From NCBI GenBank assembly GCA_038087875.1, contig CM075992.1, positions 62,001 to 126,000 of the forward strand: a stretch of 64,000 nucleotides of DNA, read 5' to 3'. The notes beneath the pieces were generated by a model that saw only the letters and a program-made list of their open reading frames with translations, was not told the DNA's origin and searched no databases. The DNA comes from Malacoraja senta (taxonomy: Eukaryota). Position numbers and translations under genes: made by a program. Shown piece after piece: positions 26,241 through 39,645 of this stretch; position 1 is the first letter of the stretch; the number at the start of each line of letters is the position of its first letter.

Positions 26241-26858
26241 GTGGTTCATGCTATGAGTTACAACAGTTACTCTATTTTTAAAGGATTTTAATTAGTTGGA
26301 AAGACACAACATGCTGAAAGAAGTCAGTGGGTTAGGCAGCATGCAAGGAGAGCATGAACAGGCAACGTTTTGGTTCAGAATCCTTCTTCAGGCTGATGTT
26401 TTGAGTCAGGATCCTTCTTCATTTAGTTGTTGGGCTACGACAGACATGTAAATACAGATGGATTTAAGAAACAACTATAATTGGGGATGTGGGTGAAAGG
26501 GTTGGAGCTTCGAATAGATGTTATCTAGATAAAGTGCACAACTGCTAACGTTGCTACACAGCAAGATCACAAAATGACACAATGGATGGAGTTTTGGCAG
26601 GATAATGATGTATAATATGATGCATAATGATGGAAGATAAGAGACAGCAGGAAAATCATCTGTTTCCCCACAACGTGCGTATGGAGTGGAATGGAGGAAA
26701 TGACCATGGAGCTGCCTGTCTCTCACCCTGACCCCCCACTGAGTCTGTGTCAAGCAGCTAAGGACCTTCACTAACCTCAATGGATAAAACATGTGGAATC
26801 AAGTCTAACTCCTGGGTTAAAGGCTCTGACTGTCCACCCTATCTATGCCTCTCATAAT

Positions 26859-27535
26859 CGACCACCGGGTGACGCCCGTAATGGCCGCCTTGCCAGCAGT
26901 CTGTCTTGTCCCTTCTCTGTTTTTATTATTTTAAGTATGTCTTGAATGTTTGTTTTAATGTCTCTTGGTATGTTTGATGTGGGGGATGCGGGGGGGGAGG
27001 GATCGGGGGAAACCTTTTTCAGTCACTTACCTCGATGAAGATGTGATTTTTCTCCATGTCATATCTCCGTCCCCTCCAGTGGCCTACAACGTGGAGTGGT
27101 GTGGCCTTTCCTGAAGCCGGCCCAGAGCTTCAAGCCTCGGGTGCAGAGCCTGGGCTCTTTTGCTGAGGATCGCCAGTGATGGAGCTCTGACCGCGGGGCC
27201 TGTGTACTTTAACACCGTGAAGCAGCAGTCTCCAGTAAGAAGCGGTCGACTTGGGAGCTCCACGGAGTGTTGTGATCCATCCCGACGAGAGGGCTTGGAC
27301 ATCGGTCAAAGGCCCCGACCACGAGTGAACAAAGGAGGAAGATGACTGAACTTTATTGCCTGCCATCATTGTGAGGAAGGAATGTTGATTCCACTGTGGT
27401 GGATGTTTATCTTAAACTTTATTTTATGTGCTGTGTGTATTTTTGCTTTTTTACTTAGTATGGCTGTATGGTAACTCAAATTTGACTGTACTTTAATTGG
27501 TACATTTGACAATTAAATTGAATCTTGAATCTTGA
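26859..27535 (+). mobile_element. Non-autonomous retroelement with a Rex1-like 3' tail
   Basis: TSD ataat; splits a CR1 sequence; ends tgacaattaaattgaatcttgaatcttga; second partial copy at 23855-24096; no convincing ORF. Confidence 0.7.
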
Positions 27536-27569
27536 ATAATTTTATATACTGTACTTCTATCAGGCATAT

Positions 27570-28597
27570 CTACTATCACAGTCTGTTCGTATTGGTGGAA
27601 ATGTGTCAGACTCGATAACAATTAGCACGGGAGCACCTCAGGGCTGCGTGCTCAGCCCCCTGCTGTACTCACTCTATACTCATGACTGCGTAGCCGGACA
27701 TAGTGCAAACTCCATCATCAAGTTCGCTGATGACACCACTGTTGTGGGACGTATTACTGATGGTGATGAGTCAGAGTATAGAAGAGAGATCGAGCAACTG
27801 TCCATATGGTGCCAGCACAACAACCTGGCCCTCAACACCAGCAAAACCAAGGAACTGATTGTGGACTTTGGAAGGAGTAGGATGGGGACCCACAGTCCCG
27901 TTTATATCAACGGGTCGATGGTTGAAAGGGTCAAGAGCTTCAAATTCCTGGGCGTGCACATCTCTGAAGATCTTTCCTGGTCCGAGAACAATGATGCCAT
28001 TATTAAGAAAGCACATCAGCGCCTCTACTTCCTGAGAAGATTACGGAGAGTCGGTTTGTCAAGGAGGACTCTCTCTAACTTCTACAGGTGCACAGTAGAG
28101 AGCATGCTGACCAGTTGCATCGTGGCTTGGTTCGGCAACTTGAGTGCCCTGGAGAGGAAAAGACTACAAAAAGTAGTAAACACTGCCCAGTCCATCATCG
28201 GCTCTGACCTCCCTTCCATCGAGGGGATCTATCACAGTCGCTGCCTCAAAAAGGCTGGCAGCATCATCAAGGACCCACACCATCCTGGCCACACACTCAT
28301 CTCCCTACTACCTTCAGGTAGAAGGTACAGGAGCCTGAAGACTGCAACGACCAGGTTCAGGAATAGCTACTTCCCCACAGCCATCAGGCTATTAAACCTG
28401 GCTCGGACATAACACTGAACTTTATTAGCCAATACTGTTATTTGCACTTTATCAGTATATTGACCATTGTGTATATATTTATAGAATGCCTTGTAGTAAA
28501 TGCCTACTATGTTCTGTTGTGCTCAAGCAAAGCAAGAATTTCATTGTCCTACCAGGGACACATGACAATAAACTCACTTGACTTGACTTGACTTGAC
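27570..28597 (+). mobile_element. Rex1/Babar-type LINE 3' fragment
   Basis: Open RT frame, followed by a 3' UTR ending tgacaataaa and (acttg)n. Confidence 0.9.
27603..28412 (+). CDS. Rex1/Babar reverse transcriptase, C-terminal part (5'-truncated)
   Basis: GAPQGCVLSPLL, KFADD, KTKELIVDF, FLGVHISEDLSW, RFRNSYFPTAIRLLN. Confidence 0.88.
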   Translation: MSDSITISTGAPQGCVLSPLLYSLYTHDCVAGHSANSIIKFADDTTVVGRITDGDESEYRREIEQLSIWCQHNNLALNTSKTKELIVDFGRSRMGTHSPVYINGSMVERVKSFKFLGVHISEDLSWSENNDAIIKKAHQRLYFLRRLRRVGLSRRTLSNFYRCTVESMLTSCIVAWFGNLSALERKRLQKVVNTAQSIIGSDLPSIEGIYHSRCLKKAGSIIKDPHHPGHTLISLLPSGRRYRSLKTATTRFRNSYFPTAIRLLNLART

Positions 28598-30820
28598 AAC
28601 CTCCAGTGCACCAGAGGTTATCCAACTTCTCCCTGTCACTAAGGCCCCCTAAACCAGGCATCATTATGGTTAACATCCTCAGCATCCTTTGTGTAATGTG
28701 ATGAAACGCTCTCCAAAGAGCATTTTCACTCAGGATATGAAGTTCACTGCACTTACAGAAAGTATTGTAAATAGATGGGGACCCTGGTCAAGTACCCAGT
28801 GGAACAGCTAACCGACAAGACATCAGGATCCTAGCAATGACACTACACCCCCCTCCACCAATGCTCCTGACAGGAATGTCACTTAATCCTTAGAGACCAC
28901 ACACGTTCGTTAAATAGACACAGCTTGGTAAAAAACGTAATACTTTATTTTCTGAGAAGTTATTTTTCCCAGGAGTGGATTTCTGGCTGAAACCTCAGGT
29001 TCGTTGCATTGAGCTTCTTTCTCTAAGAGTATTCTGGGACCCTGATGGGGAAAAGAAAATCTTCCCTCTCTTGGTAACTCACTGAAAACAAAGCTGTCAT
29101 ATGCGCTGGGAACTCTTTGTTACACTGGACGTTAATCAGGTTGGAGTGCTTCTCTAGGCATTGAAGGCCCTGTCAGAATTGGTACATCAAAAAGCTCTTG
29201 TCTACCCTTTGTTTTGCCTACTCAGCAAAAAATATGGAGATGTTTCAATTAATAATTGAACGGTGAACTGCAAGCATTTGAAATCTCAGGAAAACTGCTC
29301 TGAAGCTGGAGTTAATTCTTGTTTTTTTATGGGTGTCCCAGATCTGACACAAAATCTTTGCCTTGCCTTGAGTGCAGTCTCTCTTGCTACCCTGGCCAAC
29401 TGAGTAGCAGCTTGGGTTCCTTGAAAGAATTCCCCCAGCACATGTTAATGATTGTTCAAACAACTTTCTCCCATTTACCGCTTACAGGTTCCAATAAATG
29501 AAACTATGCCATTGCCTTATGTGTCTTGTGTTGAGGAGTACTGATTGAATGTCATCTCCGTTTCATTAAATATTCATGAAGGCCAATTAGAGGGGCAGCT
29601 AAGATATGCCACAGGGGTCCTTCTCTCATCTTGTCAAACGCAGCTTTGTCACAAAGCCTGATCAGCATTAAGTGAAGCCACTTACACGTTCAATGGAAAT
29701 AAATGGTATCTGCTACACCTTCTGCATTTACCATTTGCTTTGCAACTGTTCTAACTTACAAAGAAGTAGTAATATTTTATGGCAACATTTGGGGAGGTCC
29801 CCTCCACAGTATGGTCTTTTTTTAAAGCACTTTAGTGGAATAATAAATGAAAACTTAAATATTAATGTTGAATTGTGCGCTTTTTTCATTTGGAGCACCA
29901 CAATTTAAACATGTCTGGGAAAGAAAGATAGACTCCTGCTGAATGTACATTGCATCCAGTTAAGCATTTCTGAAATTAAGTCACACTCTAATTTGCAAAC
30001 AGCTAGATCCTACAGACAACAATGTAAGATTGCCCTTTAGTGGTTGAGAGCTAAAAAGGAAAGGACCTGCTTTGTAGAAAATATTCTGGGATCTGTTACT
30101 GTCTCCAGGAGATATTTTGAGATTGGAAGCAATATTTCGACAGAATATGTTGGACTTTGATGTTGTGCCCAGGACACTGGACCAGTTGTGAGGCCACGAT
30201 CTGCCCTACCCACTGATGACAGCTCTGACCAAGAATGCAAGCGTGATGCTTGCCTGAAACAACACACTACAGATGTTGGATCAGTATTTCTGATAAAAGG
30301 TCACGGATTTGAACTGCTCACTGTTTCTCTCTCCTGAGATGCAAGCTGGCTTGCTGTGAATTTTCAGCACTCTCCATATTTATTTTAGATTTCCTGTATC
30401 TACAGTATTTTTCCATCTGCATGCCTTGAATAACTTCTGCTCTTCCTTCCAATGGCATTTTCAATTATCACTTGCATCTCGTATCTAGTTCCCTCTCGTA
30501 GCGTTCTGCTCCTTCTGGATAAAGTATTGATCAAACATCACTTCTGCATGCAGTCGCTGTTCCCATTGCATTCTCAGATCCCATATCATACACATGACCT
30601 CCTGATCTCTCTCTCTCCAGCAGCACCCACTTAATCTTTCTCAGTCACAAAGTAAGGGGTTGGCCTTTTCAGGGTTGAGAAGAGGCAGAATTTCTTCACA
30701 AGAATGTGTGAATCTTTGGAATCCTCTCCCCCCCACAAAGACTGCATGTACATCAGGATCTCTTCAGCACATTTCTTGTCCTGTCACAAACTGGATTAGG
30801 CAGGCTCCTTAACCTAAATA

Positions 30821-30998
30821 TAACTCAGCGGGTCAGGCAGCATCTCTGGAGAACATGGATAGGCAATATTTCGTGTTCGGACCCTTCAGATCCGAAACAT
30901 CAACTATCCGTGTTCTTCAGAGATGCTGCCTGACCAGTTGTGTTACTCCAGCACTTTTTCTTTTTTTGTACATCAGCATCTGCAGTTCCTTGAGTTTC
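30821..30998. mobile_element. Fold-back pair of Penelope-derived terminal units
   Basis: Minus arm taactcagcgggtcaggcagcatctc...acccttcaga joined to plus arm tccgaaacatc...gttactccagcac. Confidence 0.8.
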
Positions 30999-31518
30999 TT
31001 TAATCTGTCTGGGCTGTTAAATTGTTGCTGGGATTCAACCACAAACTTTTAAAGTTCTGATGCCATACGATATCTTCTCTGCCACAAATTTGTTTTTCGT
31101 TTGTATCACTCCTTTCTCTCCTCCTGGCACAATAATGCATAGGAACGGGCCCTTCGGTCCACTATGGCCGTGCCAAAGGAATCTGATGTTACAAAACTGC
31201 ACAACTCTCTGGTTCAGTCTAGCCGGATGGCGTTACATTCTATGGTGTCTTTCGCTGGCACTTGCCATGAGGCAGATGTCCCATCAACGTGAAAGCTTTG
31301 CCCACAAACTGATGGTGCTGGGATATGAGTGAGCAGGTAAGCAACAGACCATATCTTTCACGGTCAGAACTGGAAACCAAAATGATGGTGAATAAAGGGG
31401 GTGGCTTTAATGGCAGACCTCATATGGACAGAGAAATAAAGAGTGATGGGATTAAGAAAAAACACAGACTTTAAAGTGCAAAATGGGAACGGAATAAATA
31501 CCAAATAAAATCCAAAAA

Positions 31519-32391
31519 ATCAAATACTCAAAATTTTCGAATTAGAAATTCAGAAATTCTTGATGAATGTTGGAACAAACATCCTAATACAGAAAAATTA
31601 ATATCTTATATATATAATATCTTATTAGACAGTGACATTCCATCGACGGACTTACATAGACAAACATGGGAAAAATAATTAAATCAAATAATAACGAAAG
31701 ATACTTGGGAAGAAAGTTTGCAACACATACATCAATGTTCATTAAACGCCAGACATTCTCAAATACAATTTAAAGTAATACATAGGTTACATTATTCCAA
31801 AACAAAACTACATAAAAATTTTCAACATATCTCACCTATATGTGATAAATGTCAACATTTAGAAGCTACCTTATCTCATATGTTTGCAAACTGTATAAAA
31901 ATTAAACAATTCTGGGTAAATATTTTCAGTATAATATCTAAAGTAACCAGCACACAATTGGACCCAGATCCAAAATTAATAATACTTGGAATATTAGAAT
32001 TAAATCAAACATTTAGTATAACACAAAGAAACTTTATTGATTATAGTTTAATAACAGGAAAAAAATTAATTCTAAAATTTTGGAAAGGCCCTACGACCCC
32101 CACAATTAAAATGTGGATTATAGAAATGACGGAGACCTTAAATGTGGAAAGAATCAGACTCTCCCTGTTGGACAAACAGGAATTATTCGTTGGAACATGG
32201 TCTCCTTTTATTGATTACCTAAAGGGTCAGAACAGTTCAGCACAGGAACCTGACTAACACCCGGGCTAAAGAATGGATGAAACGCTATATCTAGAAATGT
32301 ACGAATATATCTCGAATGAAGTTTTCTATTTTAATAAATTTTTCCATTCTTCTTTAACTATCTTCTTTCAATTTTTTTTTTTTGTTGTTTT

Positions 32392-32436
<45 letters not shown>

Positions 32437-32652
32437 TTTTTTTTTTTTTTTTTCTTCTCTTTTTTCTCTTTCTTTACTTCATCTTTCTCTTTAGTTCTAT
32501 TTAGCTTAAAAAAAAAAAAGCAAAAGGTATTGGAGACATTGTAATAATATTTAACAATATTATCAATTTAATAATGTAAGACTGTAATGATGTAACTAGG
32601 TTGTGTACGCATCTCCAATAAAAAAATATTTAAAAAAAATAAAAAATAAAAA
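31519..32652 (+). mobile_element. L1-clade LINE 3' fragment with poly(A) tail
   Basis: ORF 31718-32257 contains QFKVIHRLHYS, the CCHC knuckle CDKC...HMFANC and WSPFIDYL; T-rich 3' UTR; AATAAA at 32617 then an A tail; aaataaaatcc-like flanks. Confidence 0.85.
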
Positions 32653-32764
32653 TCCCAAAACAATTTGAAGTATTCAAGGAAAAAGCAGGGCTGGATTTAT
32701 CCTGTCAATATTTATCACCCAGGTAACATCAATGGTTATTACCTTTTACTAGAGGCTCTTGACT

Positions 32765-32882
32765 AAAGCAAATAACTGCAGATACTGGAAATCTGAAATA
32801 GAGATACTCAGCAGGTCAGGCAGCATCTGTGGAGAGGGAATCTGAGTTAAAGCTTCAGGTGAAAGACCTTTTGTCAGAACTG
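32765..32882 (-). mobile_element. Old Penelope-derived terminal unit
   Basis: actcagcaggtcaggcagcatctgtggagag, reverse of the family core; a similar copy lies at about 33985-34100. Confidence 0.65.
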
Positions 32883-34414
32883 TGAACATTTAGAAATTTG
32901 ATATTCTATGTTGCAGTGGTGGGATGAACAAGGCCAGGGTTTGAAAGACACAGATTGGTGTTGACTGAGAGAAACTGTCCTTTAACTAATTGAGTTTTGA
33001 TTTAATCGAGTGCCAGATTGCCAACTCCAGCCTGTTTCTGGTGCTTGGATCTTTAAAGGGTTAAACTCAAACGTAAAGTTTTTCTCCAGTGTTGCTGGAG
33101 TGAAAGGAAGGAGATCAGAAAAATACTTGTAAAGCATTTCATTGTGCCAATTTACAAAAGGCAAAAGAAAGCTACCATTGAGTTTGAGCTCCCACTCATA
33201 ATGGGGTACAAAGCAGCACAGGATCAACACTCCACTCTCTGGTGTCAAGGATAAGCATCAGTACCGTCAGGGGCGGCAGTTCTGCCTTGTAATTCATCAA
33301 TCCTGACTACTCACAGCCTTCCTGTTCCATCCCAATCCACCTGTGGATAGGAGCTGGAGGAGGCCATTCAGCCATGGACTCTTGTACCATCCAATGAAAT
33401 CAAAGCTGATCCATGACGTTGCTCCTCAAATCCACTGGTAACTTCTGATCAGTTCACAAAGTGACAAAGACACTTGTGAATGTCAAATTGGGATGTTTGG
33501 TTTTGAAATTAAGAATACAACTATTATTTTATCTTACTATAATTAAGAGTGCAATGAGCTAATGAGCAAGGTGGCAAATCAGAGAAGGTTTTCGGCTATG
33601 TCCACCATTACACTAACTACCCCTCCCCACATCTCCGCTTCAGCTGTCCCTTGCGATTGAGGCTAACCCAGTACCGTTTCAGTTCTTTAGGTGTCAGGAA
33701 GGCCGGTGAGGCCCATGTGAGGCTGACAGATGGACATGTGCCTGACAGCAGTGGAGGGTAGAATGGGAGATGCTGGCCCCTTCATTGTTGGTGTTGGGTT
33801 GCTGTGCCTGCTTGGAGCATACACAACGTTCCCAATGTCAGGGTTTGGAGTCTTTGGCAGAGACAGTGCTGGTGGTACCTCTCCATGTATGTGGACATAA
33901 GGTAATGGGGATAAGATCAGCCATGAATGGTAGATTCGATGTGCCGAATAGCTTAATTCTACTTCTATGACATGAATATCAAAATATAGATGATGGAAAT
34001 CTGAAATAAAAAAGGAAGGAAATACTCTGCAGGTCAGGCAGCATCTGCAGAGAAAGAGAAAGATTTAATGTTTCAGATCAAAGACCCTCCTCAGAACTGA
34101 GAAAGGACTGCTTATGCGACATGACAAGGCAGACTGGAGGACATTCACTGAAAAATTGTCCTTCACTCAACAAGGACTCAACAAGGTTTCCTTTTGTTCT
34201 CTGTTAACAGCAGTTCCTGATCTTTCAATCAAAGGCAAGTCAATCTGTGGTCTCACACTCCGAGACAGAAAGCTGTCAGAATTCCTGAACTGTTCTGTGA
34301 GCATTTCATCAGAGCAATAAAGCATGGTTCTTTCAACTCCTTTGTATGACAGTTACAGAAAATAAACACGGGCAAGGGAATAAAGATGATTCAAGGATTT
34401 GGGACTGAGCACTT

Positions 34415-34690
34415 GAGAGGTTATCTCCACATTCTCGAGAGATGCTGCCTGACCTGCAAGGTACTCCAGCGCTTTGTCCTTTTTGTAAACCAGCATCTGC
34501 AGTTCCTTGTTTCAACATTTCAACCCATTAGCTACCAGGCTTTGCCCTGCCACTCCTCTATTCCAGCTATCTTCCCCCCGAAAGGATCCTGACCTAAAAC
34601 ATCACACTTTCTTGTTCTCCAGAGATGCTGCCTGACCCGTTGAATTACTCCAGTACTTTGCGTCTATTTTTGTAAACTTCTTGTTTCTAT
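34415..34690 (+). mobile_element. Two tandem decayed Penelope-derived units
   Basis: Two gagatgctgcctgacc...tactccag cores. Confidence 0.7.
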
Positions 34691-36382
34691 TTCCAAACAT
34701 TAATGAGCCTTCAAGAATGAATACACTCTTCTGTTTTAAGTTGGTGACCCTCCATTATAGATATTCCACACAAAGAAAGGTTCTCCCCACACCCACTCTG
34801 TCAAGACCGCTCTAGATTTTACTCCGGGACTTTGTCCTGAGGGATCTGTCGCCATGATGTCTGTGGTGGGTCGAATGAGAAGCAGGAAGACAGAATTGTT
34901 GGGGCAGGCTTAGTTCTTGTGGCCACTTGGTTGTGGAGGGGGATTGGGGAAGAGCTAATGGCAAAGTAACAGGGTGGCTGAAGGGTAAAAATGTAAGAAT
35001 GCAAGATTTGTATCACCAGGAGATGGAGGAGAGAGTGGGTCAGGTCACAAGATAGTCCAGCTGTGTTGGAGTTAACTGACAGGAACAAGAGCAATGCTGC
35101 AGCTTGCTGCCTTCACCAGAAGCGAGATGTACATAACATCTTCATACTCAAATTAGACGGACACTGCCAGCCCTTCAACGCATCCAGGAATCTGGTGTTA
35201 TCTGAGCCCAGAGATTGTTTTCTCTATTATTTCTGCATGAGGGCAGTTGGGCAAATTAGACCAGATGGCGTGGGCAGCAGCCAACATCTGGAGCCCTGCT
35301 GAAAGTGTTGGCTTCCCATCAACCGCAGCAAGGTAACAGGTGTGGGAGCAGCTCGCCACGTTTTACTGAGCCGCCAATGATGCAGCAGAGACGTTTCACC
35401 CCACCCCATCCCACGGGGTTCAGATGTTTGATAGGGCGGGGTAATCGGCCCCACATTCCTCTTCATTCCCCAAGACCCTTTCCTTCAAAATTATTATTCC
35501 AATCACCTTTTTTCAAGTTTCAACGTTTCTCATTCCCCCCACCGAACCTTTTCTCCCTTCACCCCAGTGGCCTTTTAACAAGGGCAAACTTTAATATTTG
35601 CATTACCACAAATGGATATATTGGAGAGGAAATGGAAAAATACAAACGCGTTCCTTTCACTGCTCCTCGCATTTTATTTATGCCTACTATTTCTGCAGTG
35701 CCTTGAAGATTATTTTTTGAAAACCCCAGGGCAATCCTGAATGTTGGCAAAGTGTTTTACCCGAAATATTCCTTTAATAGTTAAGAACATTGTGTAGTGG
35801 GGTTTTTGTTCTGCTGTGTGCAAATGTTCTGACATAGAGTTTTTCAGTCGGTGAATTTGCTGGAAGATTAATTGAATTTGTGAAAGAATCCATTTCAATA
35901 GTTCCTAACCCACACATAAGCTCTAATTCAATATGTCGCTTGCTGAAGTCGATTTGAATGTCGTTTTGGTAGCACACATAACTCAATTCAAAGCACGACA
36001 ATGAAAAGAAAAGAGACTCACACCCTCGCACAATGTTTGTTTAATGTAGTTAGAAGCCTACAGTTCGGGCGAAATGGAGAGATTCGCAAGTACATGAGAA
36101 TGTAGGAAGGAGGAGGAGGCAATTAGCCCCGCACTCTTCCACATTTCAGTGAGATCATGGTCAGCTTATTTATACCTTCACCCAAGCAAACAACAACATG
36201 CCAGGAGAACTCAGCAACCAGGCAAACGAACAGACTGACCAGTCAGAAGAAGGTTCTAGATTCAAAATATCATCTGTCCATTCACAGATGCTGCCTGACC
36301 TGCTGAACATTCGATACCTGAACTGCAAACACATGGAGCGATCTTTGTTCTAGAACTACGTTCTAGAAACCAGAACCATACA

Positions 36383-36652
36383 GTGTGCTGGAGTAACTCA
36401 GCAGGTCAGGCAGCATCTCTGGAGAAAATGGACAAATAACATTTCGGGTCATGACCCTTCTTCAGATGTCGCCTATGCATGTTCTCCACAGATGCTGCCT
36501 GACCCTGCTGAGTTACTCCAACACTCTGTGAAACGTCACCTATCCATGTTCTCCACAGATGCTACCTGACCCGCTGAGTTACTCCAGCACTCTGTGAAAC
36601 ATCACCTATCCATGTTCTCCACAGATGCTGCCTGACCCGCTGAGTTACTCCA
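36383..36652. repeat. Penelope-derived inverted unit followed by a 66-nt tandem array (about 3 units)
   Basis: GAAAC at 36530 and 36596 (66 nt apart). Confidence 0.88.
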
Positions 36653-38300
36653 CACCAGCGCTAACCAATCTCTCCACTCTCTGCTGAGAGCTAACTTCTC
36701 ATGTAGTGTGTTTCCATGTGTGGAATTACATTGCGTCCCCACAAGAAGGAAACAAAGGGCAGCAAGGACCTGTACCCAGCTTGGTGTCTGGAACCAGGGG
36801 AGGGGGACAGTCCCCAAATAAGGGATCGCATCAGCCATTCAGGGCAGAGAGGGGTAGAATCTCTTCAGCTAGATGGAGTGAGACTTTGTAATGTCCACTT
36901 AACAGGGCCATGGTGGTTCAGATGCCAAATTAACCCAGGTCAGAGGTGGACAGGTTTTAGAATTTGGGGCTAGCATTAGTCATGGAGTTACAACGCATGG
37001 AAACTACAAAGTAGAGCCCAGAGAGTGTTGTAGTGTAGGAAAGTGATACAGAGCTAAGGGGTCAACCATGATCTTATTTAATGGCTGAGCAGGTACGAGG
37101 GATGAATGGCCTGGTCTTGCCCCTTTTTTAATCCTCGCCAACACGGCTTCTCTTTCTACAGTGGCAGACTGAACAGCTGAGCATTTTCTTGAACACAGTG
37201 TGTTTAATCGTGCAACACCTTAACTGAGAGCTGCACCTGAATATGCAATACCTGGCCTGTTAACACATGGAGCGATCTTTTCACAGCAAAGCACCACGAT
37301 TGTTCACCGTGGCTGGGCATTGAACGCACGAGTGAAAGAAGATATCCTTGGCCAATGAGCTGAGGGTTCAGCTACACTTTGTCACAAATCACTTCTGCAA
37401 CAAAATGCACTTATTCACTGAGTGCTCTCTGGCCCACTCCAATCGAACAGGTTGATCCTTACAAGTATGTTACCATCATTGTGATTGAAGTTCTAATGGA
37501 AATGATTATATAATAACCAAATGAAATATACTGTAAAAGCTTTTTTTTCAAACAGCACTGCAGTGAGATGGAACTCTGAAATGTGACACTGGCATTTAGA
37601 GGGGACTCCAGCCCTTGGAAATTGGTTGATAGTTCTCTGCTTTGGTATAGATTCCAGAGAAGGGGAATGAAATGAGGGGGGTGGGTTGGAGAAAGCGATC
37701 TCACAGGCAGTTTTAACGAATACTCATTGAGATATGATCCCATTGTGCCACAAACTCAACGCAAGAGGCTAGAGATCTGAGTGAGGCATCAAGAAGTTAT
37801 TTCACTCAGAACCTTGTGTTCAATGGAACCATCGTACTCTGATGGTTATGGATTTCTGGTGGTATACAGTTGACTTTTGTATGTAACGAGCCAAGAGGAA
37901 TGGATGGACAGTGGACAAAGTACAAGATCAGTCATGCTTTAGCCGACCGCGGCCAGGTTCAGCCTGATCCGAAACCCTAGATTCACTGTAAAAGCAATAA
38001 TTCCACGTTGATTTCCTACCTCCTGTTTAACAGGAGAAATAGTGAACAATGGCCCTTATCAATTCCAGGCAGTTTTGTCAGGAAACCTCTTTGGGGCATT
38101 TAAGAGACTTGGATAGGCAGGGAATGGAAGAATATTGATTATGTGCAGACAGATGAGAGTTGATTTTGATATCAAGTTCACCACAAACATTGTGGGCCGA
38201 AGGGCCTGTTCTTGTCCCGTACTGTTCTATGTTCTTAATAACATAAATCTACACAATGAATTAGGATTTATGGGTTGTTGTTACAGTCAATATGTCAGTG

Positions 38301-38410
38301 AGTCTGACGAAGGGTTCCGACCTGAAACATCGCCTGTTGTTTTCTTCCACTGATGCTGCCTGACTCATTGAGTTCCTCCAGGATTCCTGTTTCTGTAATT
38401 CTTGTGTCTC
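38301..38410 (+). mobile_element. Penelope-derived unit with hammerhead variant (CTGACGA)
   Basis: agtctgacgaagggttccgacctgaaacatcgcc. Confidence 0.7.
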
Positions 38411-38414
38411 TTTA

Positions 38415-38580
38415 AGATGTGTGGGCTTGTATGTTAATTGGCTTCTGTGAGTTGTAACTAGTGTGTAGGGAGTGGATGCGAAAGATAGCATAGAACTAGT
38501 GTGGACAAGTGATCGATGGTTAGTATGGACTCAGTGGGCCGAATGGCCTGTTTCAATGCCGTATCTTTCAATCAATCAAG
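38415..38580 (+). mobile_element. V-SINE 3' half
   Basis: ctagtgtgtagggagtggat...gggccgaatggcctgtttc and a (tcaa)n tail. Confidence 0.65.
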
Positions 38581-39243
38581 CCTCTTCCCATCAAACCCTT
38601 AAACGGCACTGCACAACCCTGTCACAGCAACGATCTACTATGGACTTTGCTTAGATTGTATTAAGTACTTGGATTTGCACGATTATGGTCTGGATATCTG
38701 GTATAACTGATCATTTATTGTATTATTGATTATTGTACCTGTATTTATTGAGCTGTGGTTTTTGCTGTAAGAATTTCATGGTTCTGTTCCCGTGCGTATG
38801 ACAATTAAATGCACTTCACCCAAGACTTGACTCTTGTATTCAAAACTCCGCAGGTTTTGAAAACTTTACCTGTCCAAAATTGGGTGCAATGGAAAAACAG
38901 GATGACAGGTCCAAGATATTGTCAAACATCTGCCACTAACTTACATTGGTTGTATATATACAAACTTATAGTCATAGCGTCATTGAGAAATGCCACACAC
39001 AAAGAGGACCTTTGGCTCATCAGCTCAGTGCCAACCATCAATCACCATCAAAATAGCCAAACATAATCAAGTACCAAATTCCCTCTTCTCCCCTCTCCCG
39101 TCAGACAGAAGCCACAAAAGCTTTAAAGCACTTACCATCAAATTCAGGAACAGTTTCTTGTTACAGCGTTTGGTATGATTTAACTGGATTGCATGAAAAC
39201 AAAGTGGTACAAATGACAATATTAAACAAATACCAATACAAAA

Positions 39244-39383
39244 TGTGTAGGAAGAAACTGCAGATGCTGGTTTAAACCGAAGTTAGACACAAAATGCTGC
39301 AGTAAGTCAGCAGGACAGGCAACATCTCTGAAGAGAATGAATGGATGACGTTTCGGGTCGAGACCCTTCTTCAGACTAATCTG
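39244..39383 (-). mobile_element. Penelope-derived insert with intact hammerhead core
   Basis: Reverse complement reads CTGAAGA-A-GGGT-ctcg-ACCC-GAAAC-GTC; aataccaat repeated at 39229-39237 and 39384-39392. Confidence 0.88.
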
Positions 39384-39499
39384 AATACCAATGCCAACCT
39401 GGTTTAATGTGAGATTTGATCATTACTAATGTCAATAAGTGTTGTAATCATAACCAAATACAGTGCTGTGCCTGGTAGGAGGCTGGAAGTGCAACGATC

Positions 39500-39645
39500 A
39501 GGGGGCTGGCGGAATCAAGGGATATGGGGGAAGGCAGGCATGGGTTACTGATTGTGGATGATCAGCCATGATCACAATGAATGGCGGTGCTGGCTCGAAG
39601 AGCCAAATAGCCTCCTCCTGCACCTATTTCTATCTTTCTATGTCT
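39500..39645 (+). mobile_element. CR1 3' terminus
   Basis: ggaatcaagggatatgggg...cctcctcctgcacctatttct tail. Confidence 0.85.

Noticed and set aside
36467-36652. 66-nt array as a CRISPR array or a complete hammerhead
   Set aside because: There are no spacers, and the unit lacks CUGAnGA, so it is not a self-contained hammerhead
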